Origin: an uncultured virus (IMG/VR IMGVR_UViG_3300027732_002873)
Lineage: Duplodnaviria; Heunggongvirae; Uroviricota; Caudoviricetes
Virus record (IMG/VR): IMGVR_UViG_3300027732_002873
Span: 57,436-77,435 of that record
DNA length: 20,000 nt
Reading direction: 5' to 3' (one strand)
This document shows, in pieces, positions 8,711-16,496 of this stretch. How positions within the stretch are numbered: the first letter of the stretch is position 1; every line of letters begins with the position of its first letter. A program made the translations under genes and the position numbers. The notes beneath the pieces were generated by a model. The model had not been told where the DNA came from. It worked only from the letters and a program-made list of their open reading frames with translations, and made no database searches.

Positions 8711-8939
8711 ACCATTCTTTCTTGTTGCCGTTGGCTTCGTTGTCTCGATAGCCTGCGGTGTATGCTACGATTTCATGCACTGACATATCTGTCAATTCAA
8801 TCTTTGAGCTACTGAAAGACTCGCCAGTGAAATAGTGTGGGTTATATTCACGACCGTAATAACTGTCTGCCTGGCCACGATCATATGCACCACCATGACG
8901 TTCGTTGTAATAAACTGACTGTGATTGTTCTAGTAACAT
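8709..8939 (-). CDS. Hypothetical protein, paralogue of 11499..11747
   Basis: HGGAYDRGQADSYYGR..NPH...YTAGYRDNEANGNKKEW versus HGDPFDRGMSDSYYGR..NPH...YGAGYSYNEAEGDKKEY. Confidence 0.8.
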   Translation of the reverse strand: MLLEQSQSVYYNERHGGAYDRGQADSYYGREYNPHYFTGESFSSSKIELTDMSVHEIVAYTAGYRDNEANGNKKEW

Positions 8940-8970
8940 GTCTTCTCCTGTTTATTTCTGTCTATGTGTA

Positions 8971-8999
8971 ATTATACTACAAAAATGAATTTGTGTCAA
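8971..8999 (-). promoter_or_regulatory. Early sigma70 promoter (copy 8)
   Basis: TTGACA (8999-8994), N17, TATAAT (8976-8971); SD AGGAG follows. Confidence 0.88.
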
Positions 9000-9005
9000 T
9001 AAATA
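8998..9005 (+). promoter_or_regulatory. Late-type promoter motif AATAAATA, back-to-back with the copy-8 -35
   Basis: 7 nt upstream of the SD-less ATG at 9013. Confidence 0.5.
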
Positions 9006-9012
9006 ATAGTAC

Positions 9013-9666
9013 ATGACCACACAAATATATAATCAAAGAATAGTTGTTTATGACCATGATAATATGGGCATACTATGTGTTTCCCCCAGTGACGAGATTG
9101 CATCGATTATCTGTATGGGATTATTAAATTCTCGCTGGCTATCAATTTCTAGACATAATGAATTTTTTAATACCTACAAAGATATTAATTTTGATGATTT
9201 ATCATCAAACTATCAAATAAGTTTGTCAGAAAAAGGCGTTAGTATATTTCTTATGGAAGATAGATTATCGAATGAAGAATGGAAAGAAAAAAGAAAATTA
9301 ACTCTTGAAAAAAGAAAATTGATAACATCATGGGAATGGCTGTGCAGAACTTCAGTTTCCAGAGTCAATACTTACTATGGATGGCCAACACTACTACCTT
9401 TTCTAGTTAAAGAATTATCTAAATGTAACATAAAAGAAGAAATATATACTCAATCAATTATCGAATGGTCTAATATACAAGAAGTTACACCGGCAGCGGC
9501 TGTTAGAGAATTAGAAATGCAGGTCGACGGCATCGGTTTAGCTTATATGAAAAACTTTGCGTTCTACGATAAGTTTGCTAGACAAATTACCATGTCTAGT
9601 AGTCTAACAGAATTACATGCTAATTTTAAAGTAGCACTTGAAAATAGAAGAAGAGGATTAAATTGA
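9013..9666 (+). CDS. Hypothetical protein, 217 aa, coupled to the PP-loop gene
   Basis: Long AT-rich ORF; TTGA overlap with the downstream start. Confidence 0.8.
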   Translation: MTTQIYNQRIVVYDHDNMGILCVSPSDEIASIICMGLLNSRWLSISRHNEFFNTYKDINFDDLSSNYQISLSEKGVSIFLMEDRLSNEEWKEKRKLTLEKRKLITSWEWLCRTSVSRVNTYYGWPTLLPFLVKELSKCNIKEEIYTQSIIEWSNIQEVTPAAAVRELEMQVDGIGLAYMKNFAFYDKFARQITMSSSLTELHANFKVALENRRRGLN

Positions 9667-10763
9667 CAAACGGATTATATATAGCAAATGTTCGGGGATT
9701 AAAAAATTTAGATAGACCGGACGTATCTAAGTGGTTAAACGTATTTGACATGATTGGATCTGGAACTAGCTTAGTTGATAGGCTTGACTATGTTAAGATG
9801 CCATATAGATTTGAGATATATGAACCATTTAAAATGCCACATCAATTGGAGAATTTCTCATATTCTTATTCAGATTGTTGCCTAGAACGTGCAGAAGAAT
9901 TGTTGAATTTGGCAAAGAAAACAGACAAAAAATTAGTCTTATTATATTCTGGTGGAATAGACAGTACAACCGTCTTGACTGCATTTATGAGAGTAATGAA
10001 TCCGGAAGAATTAAAAAATAAACTTACTGTAGCATTGACTATGGATAGTATAAATGAAAATGCCGATTTTTATTACAATCATATAAGACATAAGTGTAGT
10101 ATAATTTCCAGCGAGTATTTAACTTCTTTATTTAATAAAGAAACAATAATAGTAGGCGGCGAACATAACGATCAATTGTTTGGTAGTGATATACTTTTAA
10201 AAATGTATTATTACATGACCAGTGATAAATTACACCAGCCCTATAGCAGAGACTTTGTAGTAGGATGGATGTCTAGGCATATGGATATTGCTAATGCAAA
10301 TTTTTGGTATGATCTTTTAGATGATCATATTAAAAAGGTTGCGCCCTGCGAAGTAACAACCAATTATCATTTTTTCTGGTGGTATAATTTTTGTTTTAAA
10401 TGGCAAAATGTATATTTCAGAATGTTAACTATACTAGGTAATGAGCAACAAAAAATCATTGATCATGATTTTTTGAAAACGAACTATTATCATTTTTTCA
10501 ACTCTACATCTTTTCAAAAATGGAGCATGTTAAATCATGACAAGAAGATTGGTAATTCTTGGAGAGACTACAAGTTAGAATCTAAAAAATTTATATATGA
10601 TTATAACAAAGATAAAAATTATCTAGATAATAAAATAAAAATTGGTAGTCTTATGAATTTGTTTATACAGAAAAAACCATATTCCGCCATAACCAGCGAC
10701 TTAAAGTTTATTGGCAAAGAAGATTTAGAACTATACTACGATAATAATAATAGTTTTAACTAA
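9663..10763 (+). CDS. Asparagine-synthetase-like (AsnB C-terminal) PP-loop ATP pyrophosphatase
   Basis: LLYSGGIDST PP-loop; GGEHNDQLFG matches the AsnB SGEGADELFG motif; no glutaminase domain. Confidence 0.75.
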   Translation: MTNGLYIANVRGLKNLDRPDVSKWLNVFDMIGSGTSLVDRLDYVKMPYRFEIYEPFKMPHQLENFSYSYSDCCLERAEELLNLAKKTDKKLVLLYSGGIDSTTVLTAFMRVMNPEELKNKLTVALTMDSINENADFYYNHIRHKCSIISSEYLTSLFNKETIIVGGEHNDQLFGSDILLKMYYYMTSDKLHQPYSRDFVVGWMSRHMDIANANFWYDLLDDHIKKVAPCEVTTNYHFFWWYNFCFKWQNVYFRMLTILGNEQQKIIDHDFLKTNYYHFFNSTSFQKWSMLNHDKKIGNSWRDYKLESKKFIYDYNKDKNYLDNKIKIGSLMNLFIQKKPYSAITSDLKFIGKEDLELYYDNNNSFN

Positions 10764-11420
10764 TCATTTTTCTAGATAAGTGCGGTTCAGCATTGTGTGA
10801 TTGTGGTCAGTTGGTCCCCAATCTCCATCAGGATGAAACGCAATCACGGTCATGGTACTGTCAGTAGTTCTGAATCGATGACGTTCCTGTTCATGTAAGC
10901 AGAAACTAGCACCAGTGGTAAGCTGATCTTCTCTTTCACTATTGTGTTCTCCGTGTGAGCTATAACCATTTCCTTGAATGACACAACCCAAACGAATACT
11001 TGGATGTCTGTGAAAAGTCTGATTGATACCAGGTGGAAAATATAAAAAATTCAAACTACTGTCCCCGAGACGTGCAGGATATACCAACAAACTATCACTG
11101 CACCCGTCGATATAACTTAGTCTTCCTTGTTGTTCTACCCAACCAATTGTATTAAGAACCATGTAACCTAATCTGATTATCAAAAAAAGTTTAGTAGTTG
11201 CTTTTATTGTTGCGGACTCTTTAACGCTGAGACCAAAATATTGTCCTTGTTCAAGTTGAATTTGTTTACCGTCGATGTTTAAAATATTATTGCCAAAACT
11301 ATAACCGTAAACAGAACAATGCTTTGCATAAGTAGGTAATATCATTTCCTCATTTTCTAACATGTATCCTTCTGTCGGGTACATAGAATTTAGTTGATTT
11401 AGTCGATTGTCAATTTGCAT
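10764..11420 (-). CDS. Cupin-domain protein
   Basis: FPPGINQTFHRHPSIRLGCVIQGNG (HxH motif 1) and LHEQERHRFRT (motif 2); GGAG and CTAAATA upstream. Confidence 0.75.
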   Translation of the reverse strand: MQIDNRLNQLNSMYPTEGYMLENEEMILPTYAKHCSVYGYSFGNNILNIDGKQIQLEQGQYFGLSVKESATIKATTKLFLIIRLGYMVLNTIGWVEQQGRLSYIDGCSDSLLVYPARLGDSSLNFLYFPPGINQTFHRHPSIRLGCVIQGNGYSSHGEHNSEREDQLTTGASFCLHEQERHRFRTTDSTMTVIAFHPDGDWGPTDHNHTMLNRTYLEK

Positions 11421-11450
11421 ATATTAAGGTTAACTCCAATTTAAATGTAT

Positions 11451-11502
11451 TTAGTTAACGGCAGACATTTTCATGATGACAGCCAAACCCAATTTGTGTC
11501 AA
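11451..11502 (-). pseudogene. Deletion scar: truncated promoter copy fused to the last codons of a paralogue of the 11757..11954 gene
   Basis: 11481-11503 = 14520-14542 (23/23); 11463-11486 = 11766-11789 (23/24); reads LAVIMKMSAVN* versus LAVIMKMSNV*; -10 box missing. Confidence 0.75.
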
Positions 11503-11747
11503 TATTCTTTCTTGTCGCCTTCAGCTTCGTTGTAGGAGTATCCGGCACCATAGTCTAGTTGTTCCTGCAGACTCATTTCGTTGCGTTCGATGCGTGGACC
11601 ACTATTGCCACCAACTCCACCTTTATGTGGGTTGCGGATGCGACCGTAATAGCTGTCTGACATACCGCGATCAAATGGATCGCCATGTTTGAATGTGTAT
11701 GAGCGGCTGTTGTACTCTACCTTATATTCTTGAATTACATTAATCAT
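11499..11747 (-). CDS. Hypothetical protein, paralogue of 8709..8939
   Basis: Shared motifs as above; SD AAGGAG. Confidence 0.8.
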   Translation of the reverse strand: MINVIQEYKVEYNSRSYTFKHGDPFDRGMSDSYYGRIRNPHKGGVGGNSGPRIERNEMSLQEQLDYGAGYSYNEAEGDKKEY

Positions 11748-11756
11748 ATCTGCTCC

Positions 11757-11954
11757 TTAGACGTTAGACATTTTCATGATGACGGCCAACTCATCGTTCT
11801 CTACATAGAAGTCTGTGGTCGGATCGTAGTAAGCACCTTCTTTTGGATCGTAGTACAGAACGCGACCATCGTAGTTGAAAGGACCTTCCAAGCCTGCACG
11901 GGCACCATACTTTTCACGCATATTGTCCACAGAATTCATAACACGATATCCCAT
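11757..11954 (-). CDS. Hypothetical protein (YYDPKEGAYYDP motif), 65 aa
   Basis: ATG at 11954 after AAGGAG. Confidence 0.8.
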   Translation of the reverse strand: MGYRVMNSVDNMREKYGARAGLEGPFNYDGRVLYYDPKEGAYYDPTTDFYVENDELAVIMKMSNV

Positions 11955-11967
11955 TGTCAACTCCTTG

Positions 11968-12777
11968 TCAATTCCATTTAGATTTTATAGTAGCAGTAAC
12001 CCAACCACCTGATGTAGTTGATCGAGCATACTTGTTATCATTTTGATAATTTGCCTGGACTCGACGATCTTTACATTGCACACCATTTATAAAAGGTGTT
12101 GCAAAAGATACTTGCATATCTGGAAAAGATTTTTTATCACCTGAATATATTTCAACAAAGGAAGCTAAATCTTTTCCCAGTCTTAATTCTTTACCTTCAA
12201 ATTTCAATTTGCCAATTTCGTATCTTTCATTAGTAGAAAGATTCTCAACACTGGCTACTAACCAAGATGACTTGCCATCATTATCTGGTTGTACATCTAG
12301 GCTATACACATAAACATGTTCTCCTGGTTGCCATTCAAACTTTTTTCTTACACTAACAAACGATCCTTCATACATTGCTGATTCATATAATGTATTACTA
12401 TCGCCACCTGCATAATCCAATGACAGTGGATTATTGTCTACGGCCCAGCGAGAGAATATTCCACCTTTGCCTACCTTAACAATTTTTCTTTCTTCTTTTG
12501 ATTTCCAGCCACCTGTGTTTGTTTGTATGCCGCCGTAAAATTTAATACCATTCACTTCAGCTAAACCTACAGGTGCAATGTATATTCCACTAATATTATC
12601 AAAGTCACCATTTACCTTAAATGGTACAGATATATTGGTTAATGGTTTATTGTCACTGCAACCTTTCCACCAGTAATCCACAAAATGTAATGGATATTTT
12701 TCTGGGGTAGTTTGTGCTTGAGCTGGAATAATTGACCCGGCAAACAAACTTAAAGCGATGAAAAGTTTTTTCATCAT
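11968..12777 (-). CDS. Secreted/periplasmic beta-rich protein, possibly DUF3472/DUF5077-like
   Basis: Signal peptide MKKLFIALSLFAGSIIPAQA; FYGGIQT...GIFSRW motif; family assignment tentative. Confidence 0.55.
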   Translation of the reverse strand: MMKKLFIALSLFAGSIIPAQAQTTPEKYPLHFVDYWWKGCSDNKPLTNISVPFKVNGDFDNISGIYIAPVGLAEVNGIKFYGGIQTNTGGWKSKEERKIVKVGKGGIFSRWAVDNNPLSLDYAGGDSNTLYESAMYEGSFVSVRKKFEWQPGEHVYVYSLDVQPDNDGKSSWLVASVENLSTNERYEIGKLKFEGKELRLGKDLASFVEIYSGDKKSFPDMQVSFATPFINGVQCKDRRVQANYQNDNKYARSTTSGGWVTATIKSKWN

Positions 12778-12783
12778 TGATCC

Positions 12784-12951
12784 TTAAGCAAAGAAAGCAG
12801 AGGCCTCTGCGGTAAACACACGATAAGCGTCCATGGTTTTTTGAGTTTGAGCCAATGGGTTATCCCTGACAAATTTGATATAGCTGAGAAAGTTCATACC
12901 CAAAAATTTGGCATCTTTTTCTAAAACTGAAATTGCTGTGGTAAGTTTCAT
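12784..12951 (-). CDS. Hypothetical protein, 55 aa
   Basis: Manual translation MKLTTAISVLEKDAKFLGMNFLSYIKFVRDNPLAQTQKTMDAYRVFTAEASAFFA; SD AAGGAG after promoter. Confidence 0.75.
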   Translation of the reverse strand: MKLTTAISVLEKDAKFLGMNFLSYIKFVRDNPLAQTQKTMDAYRVFTAEASAFFA

Positions 12952-12976
12952 GTCTACTCCTTGTTGCTAAGTATTA

Positions 12977-13005
12977 ATTATAACACCAAAACCAATTTGT
13001 GTCAA
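12977..13005 (-). promoter_or_regulatory. Early sigma70 promoter cassette copy
   Basis: TTGACA (13005-13000), spacer CAAATTGGTTTTGGTGT, TATAAT (12982-12977). Confidence 0.9.
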
Positions 13006-13269
13006 TTAAGCCTGGTAACTGCAATAGCCACGAATCTTGCTGGACTTATTGGTAAAACTTTCGTCGAACTTGACAGTATAGCCTTTTGCCTTTAATGTTG
13101 TCATCAACGTTGACAAATCGCAGTCTTCTTCCAAAAAGGCATTCACACCATTTTGATAACTGAAGGGAGTGATCTTATCAGCGATGCCAAGTTTGACCAA
13201 GCGAGCTTTTGGAAAGCGGGCCCAAGCATGACCTGGATCTCCGAATACTTTAATTTTGATTTCTTTCAT
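13006..13269 (-). CDS. Phage hypothetical protein (DPGHAW...LEEDCD motifs), 87 aa
   Basis: ORF with SD AAGGAG; its stop abuts the next -35. Confidence 0.8.
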   Translation of the reverse strand: MKEIKIKVFGDPGHAWARFPKARLVKLGIADKITPFSYQNGVNAFLEEDCDLSTLMTTLKAKGYTVKFDESFTNKSSKIRGYCSYQA

Positions 13270-13293
13270 ACCATCTCCTTGTTGCGATAATGT

Positions 13294-13322
13294 ATTATAA
13301 CACCAAAACCAATTTCAGTCAA
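13294..13322 (-). promoter_or_regulatory. Early sigma70 promoter cassette copy
   Basis: TTGACT (13322-13317), N17, TATAAT (13299-13294); spacer almost identical to the 12977 copy. Confidence 0.88.
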
Positions 13323-13323
13323 T

Positions 13324-13542
13324 TTACCAATAAAAATTTGACTTGAATCCAAGAGCACTATAGACACATTCTCGTACCGCTGTGTCTGTGGCTTCTGTGT
13401 AAGCATCATTTCTAGACAGGGATTCCAGGCAACGACAAGTTTCGGGCCAAGTAAGTCCTGCCACTCGGGCATAGTTGACCAAGGCCGCAACGGCAAGATT
13501 GCCTTGATCTGTAAACATACTGTATTCTGTGCTGGTAATCAT
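13324..13542 (-). CDS. Hypothetical protein, 72 aa
   Basis: ORF with SD AAGGAG between two promoter copies. Confidence 0.8.
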   Translation of the reverse strand: MITSTEYSMFTDQGNLAVAALVNYARVAGLTWPETCRCLESLSRNDAYTEATDTAVRECVYSALGFKSNFYW

Positions 13543-13570
13543 TTTGACTCCTTGTAATTACAATACAAAC

Positions 13571-13599
13571 ATTATAGCACTAAAATTAATTTTAGTCAA
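13571..13599 (-). promoter_or_regulatory. Early sigma70 promoter cassette copy
   Basis: TTGACT (13599-13594), N17, TGcTATAAT (13576-13571). Confidence 0.85.
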
Positions 13600-13619
13600 T
13601 TAACTGATATTTTTGACGT

Positions 13620-13646
13620 AAAAAAACCCGGATAGTCCGGGTTTTT
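13620..13646. terminator. Rho-independent terminator, possibly bidirectional
   Basis: A7-CCCGGA-TAG-TCCGGG-T5 hairpin. Confidence 0.85.
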
Positions 13647-13663
13647 AAATGTATACTTCTATA

Positions 13664-13888
13664 TTAATTATTAGTAAGAGCGTATCGTGTCCAATATTCG
13701 TTAAATTTTGGATTAACATTATTATAAAATGTGCATCTTTCGTCATCAGTAGACCATGTTGGTGGATTTACCGAAATATTTGCATTTGATGCAATTAATT
13801 TATCTTGATATTCCACGCCCAATTGATTGCACTCTTCTTGCTCTTGTTCCGTCAAATTTGCCGCTTGCCATTCTTTAAATGTTGCCAT
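13664..13888 (-). CDS. Hypothetical protein, 74 aa
   Basis: ATG at 13888 with SD AGGAG; GATAAATA late-like motif at 13909-13916. Confidence 0.7.
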   Translation of the reverse strand: MATFKEWQAANLTEQEQEECNQLGVEYQDKLIASNANISVNPPTWSTDDERCTFYNNVNPKFNEYWTRYALTNN

Positions 13889-13944
13889 GTTTGTTTCTCC
13901 TAACATTATATTTATCATATTGCAACATTTTTCGATGTTCATAG

Positions 13945-14181
13945 TCAATTATTGGCAAATTTTCCTTGTTGGAAGAACTTCCACATACACCAAGTAGAAT
14001 CATTCATTCCCATTAGAATACCTTCATATTCAAGGTATGAGCAATGTGCCCATTCTGGCACAGGTCGGCCGCGCCAATTCAATTCTTTGTTATGACGAGT
14101 GACCTGTGACTTGGCCACGGATTCGGTTTTGTAATACCGTTCTCCTCGGCCGTTTTCTTTGTTATAAACTACAAAACCCAT
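13945..14181 (-). CDS. Hypothetical protein, 78 aa
   Basis: Track ORF in operon orientation. Confidence 0.7.
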   Translation of the reverse strand: MGFVVYNKENGRGERYYKTESVAKSQVTRHNKELNWRGRPVPEWAHCSYLEYEGILMGMNDSTWCMWKFFQQGKFANN

Positions 14182-14190
14182 GACAGTTAC

Positions 14191-14481
14191 TTAACGTGGT
14201 TTGTCCATGTATTCAAACATGATCCACTTAGCACGATTAATCGCTTGACGAGCATCTTCAGCTCGCATATAATCAACTTCGCCGTACTCTGTGTTAATCA
14301 TTTCTTGTGCATCGCTGAGAATGCCTGCGGCCATCATCATAGGTCCAGAAAGTTTGAAAGTAATTGAACTTTCAACTGCTTCACGCATACCCTTTTCAGT
14401 GACGCCATACATACGAACTTCACGTTTTTCTTGTTCGTTCAAAGTAATCATCTCACCCAATGTGTCGTATCTTAAACCCAT
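14191..14481 (-). CDS. Hypothetical protein, 96 aa
   Basis: ORF with SD AAGGAG after a promoter copy. Confidence 0.8.
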   Translation of the reverse strand: MGLRYDTLGEMITLNEQEKREVRMYGVTEKGMREAVESSITFKLSGPMMMAAGILSDAQEMINTEYGEVDYMRAEDARQAINRAKWIMFEYMDKPR

Positions 14482-14512
14482 TTTCGAACTCCTTTTTGTT
14501 TACTATGTATGT

Positions 14513-14553
14513 ATTATAAAGCCAAACCCAATTTGTGTCAATTAATTGGGTTT
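14513..14553 (-). promoter_or_regulatory. Early sigma70 promoter cassette copy with a 10-bp stem-loop around the -35
   Basis: TTGACA (14541-14536), N17, TATAAT (14518-14513); arms AAACCCAATT (14524-14533) and AATTGGGTTT (14544-14553). Confidence 0.88.
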
Positions 14554-14746
14554 AGAAAGCAAACGTGCGAACCCAGTCAAATCGGGTGCTTGCAGGTACC
14601 CAACGGAATTCGCTTTTCTTGCGTTCTGCTTTTTCAAAGTCGAAACAGACCATGACCCAGCCACGCTCGGTGGAAAAGGAAACAGTGTCTGCGACTCTGA
14701 CAACTTCGACAACTCTGTCGTTCATTCTTGCTACAGTAACAGTCAT
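14552..14746 (-). CDS. Hypothetical protein, 64 aa
   Basis: ORF with SD AAGGA between two promoter copies. Confidence 0.75.
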   Translation of the reverse strand: MTVTVARMNDRVVEVVRVADTVSFSTERGWVMVCFDFEKAERKKSEFRWVPASTRFDWVRTFAF

Positions 14747-14769
14747 ACTATTTCCTTTCGTAAAATAGT

Positions 14770-14798
14770 ATTATATTACCAAAATGAATTTGTGTCAA
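14770..14798 (-). promoter_or_regulatory. Early sigma70 promoter cassette copy
   Basis: TTGACA (14798-14793), N17, TATAAT (14775-14770); the GT2 stop abuts the -35. Confidence 0.88.
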
Positions 14799-15509
14799 TT
14801 AACTCCAATATTTTGAAGAGTCTAAACTGTCCCAGTATGCTTTATTGTTGCGGTTGACAAAGTTTTTTACAAGATACTTGGCCATGCCCATATAACCCAT
14901 CTTCTTGAACCTGCGACTATCTTGTCCAAAATGATGTCGGACAATTCTAAACTTTCGTGGGCTGTACTTGCGGCTCAAGAAGTAGTCTTCGCTGGTTGAA
15001 AAGTTTTCAGGGAAGCCGCCATATTCTTGAAACCTGTCTCTGCGTGTCAGCATGAAAGCTCCAACTGCAAAAGGTGAAAAATACTTCATGGCATGGTTTA
15101 TAGTATTAAAAATAATGAATCCAAGATGGGCTCTTGGATCACGATCATAACATTTGATTTTCAATCCAACTAAATCTAAATTCTTTGATTCGATAATATT
15201 AACAGCGTCTTGTATTACTGAGTCCTTGAAGAATCGAACATCAGCATCGATGAATAAGATATAAGGAGTAGTGACCATTGCGGCTCCATTGTTCTTGGCC
15301 AAAGACACAGGGCCTCCGTCGATGACTTCAACATTCAATTCGCCTTTCATTATTTCTATAACTTCTCGTGTATTGTCCGTACTACAATCTGCAATGATAA
15401 TTCTAGTATTGCCAATTGATTGCTGGCGCAAATGCACTAATAAATGTGCGATGTAGTTTTCTTCATTCTTGCAGGGTACTACAATGGTAATTTTATCACT
15501 GATTTTCAT
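14799..15509 (-). CDS. Glycosyltransferase family 2 (GT-A fold)
   Basis: ITIVVPCKNEE, IIIADCSTDNT, AKNNGA, LFIDAD (DxD), GGFPE...SEDY, SRRF. Confidence 0.9.
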   Translation of the reverse strand: MKISDKITIVVPCKNEENYIAHLLVHLRQQSIGNTRIIIADCSTDNTREVIEIMKGELNVEVIDGGPVSLAKNNGAAMVTTPYILFIDADVRFFKDSVIQDAVNIIESKNLDLVGLKIKCYDRDPRAHLGFIIFNTINHAMKYFSPFAVGAFMLTRRDRFQEYGGFPENFSTSEDYFLSRKYSPRKFRIVRHHFGQDSRRFKKMGYMGMAKYLVKNFVNRNNKAYWDSLDSSKYWS

Positions 15510-15676
15510 TTTTTTATACACCTTCCTTCAATTTTGAATTGATTAAACTTTAACCAATAAGTCATAGTTTGTAAACTTTGTTCACAGGATACCTTATCTT
15601 GGAATGTTAGTTCTATTCGTCCCGGAACATCTTTTGGATCATTGCTGTGAATTGCTAATAGGATCAATAACCACAT
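15506..15676 (-). CDS. Small hypothetical protein, 56 aa, hydrophobic N-terminus and two Cys
   Basis: Manual translation MWLLILLAIHSNDPKDVPGRIELTFQDKVSCEQSLQTMTYWLKFNQFKIEGRCIKK; SD AAGGAG; ATGA overlap with GT2. Confidence 0.7.
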   Translation of the reverse strand: MWLLILLAIHSNDPKDVPGRIELTFQDKVSCEQSLQTMTYWLKFNQFKIEGRCIKK

Positions 15677-16430
15677 TGTCTTTCTCCTTGGTCCATGTAA
15701 TGATTTCCCAGTGACCGCTGTGATGTTCTACTAAAGCAGTACAACTTTCGACCCAGTCACCATCATTCATATATTTAACCCCGTCAATGTCTTTGATTTC
15801 TGCGTGATGTATATGTCCGCAAATAACTCCGTCAAAGCCACGCTTCTTACAATAGCCAGCAAGATTTTGTTCGAACTTGAACATAAAGTCTATGGCTTTT
15901 TTTACTCTATGTTTGAGATATTTACTAAGACTAAAATACCCAAAACCAAAGCGATGGCGTATCCAATTGAACTTGCTATTAAGCGATAAAATGAAATCAT
16001 ATGCCCTGTCTCCTAAAAATGATAACCAAGGTGCCAGTCTTGTAATACCATCAAACAAATCACCATGAACAACAAGATATTTTAGTCCATCCACACCGGT
16101 GTGATTTGTTTGATTACAAATCTCAATTGATCCAAAGCTAAATCCATAGGGTATCATTGGTCTAAGAAATTCATCATGATTGCCTGCTACATATATAACT
16201 CGTGTGCCTCTTTTTGCATGTCCTAGTATTCTACGAACAACATTGGTATGACTTTGTTTCCAACGCCATTTATTTTGTTGTATTCGCCATGCATCTATTA
16301 TATCACCCACTAGATATAAGGTATCGCAGGTATTATGTTTTAAAAAGTTATTTAGTTTTTCTGCTTTACAATCTCTTGTACCTAAATGTATGTCACTGAT
16401 AAAAATACTGCGATATGTTTTAGTCGTCAT
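15639..16430 (-). CDS. plcP: PlcP-type Mn-dependent phospholipase C (LpxH2-like metallophosphoesterase)
   Basis: YRSIFISDIHLG, LVGDIIDAW, GNHDEFLR (His, not the LpxH GNRD Arg), HGDLFD, GDRAYD, GVICGHIHHA, GDWVESCTA; runs collinear with proteobacterial PlcP as recalled. Confidence 0.8.
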   Translation of the reverse strand: MTTKTYRSIFISDIHLGTRDCKAEKLNNFLKHNTCDTLYLVGDIIDAWRIQQNKWRWKQSHTNVVRRILGHAKRGTRVIYVAGNHDEFLRPMIPYGFSFGSIEICNQTNHTGVDGLKYLVVHGDLFDGITRLAPWLSFLGDRAYDFILSLNSKFNWIRHRFGFGYFSLSKYLKHRVKKAIDFMFKFEQNLAGYCKKRGFDGVICGHIHHAEIKDIDGVKYMNDGDWVESCTALVEHHSGHWEIITWTKEKDNVVIDPISNSQQ

Positions 16431-16472
16431 AGTAATATTTAACCAAAATTCGATTAGAACGCTGTTAACCAT

Positions 16473-16496
16473 AAAAAAAGAGCCCATGGGGCTCTT
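16473..16496 (-). terminator. Rho-independent terminator upstream of plcP
   Basis: AAGAGCCC-CAT-GGGCTCTT followed by a T tract on the minus strand. Confidence 0.8.

Noticed and set aside
9663..10763. Lasso-peptide cluster or QueC (7-deazaguanine pathway)
   Set aside because: No lasso B protease, RRE or precursor is visible; the QueC C-terminal Cys zinc motif and other que genes are absent
13920..13948. Additional promoter copy (AATTGACT at 13950-13943)
   Set aside because: No -10 hexamer at 16-18 nt spacing and no conserved spacer
7350..14798. Recurring ~30-60 bp repeats as a CRISPR array
   Set aside because: The repeats are sigma70 promoters separated by whole genes of variable length; no cas genes
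15639..16430. Canonical lipid A enzyme LpxH
   Set aside because: Has GNHD rather than GNRD, plus the GDWVESCT motif, which fits the PlcP/LpxH2 clade better
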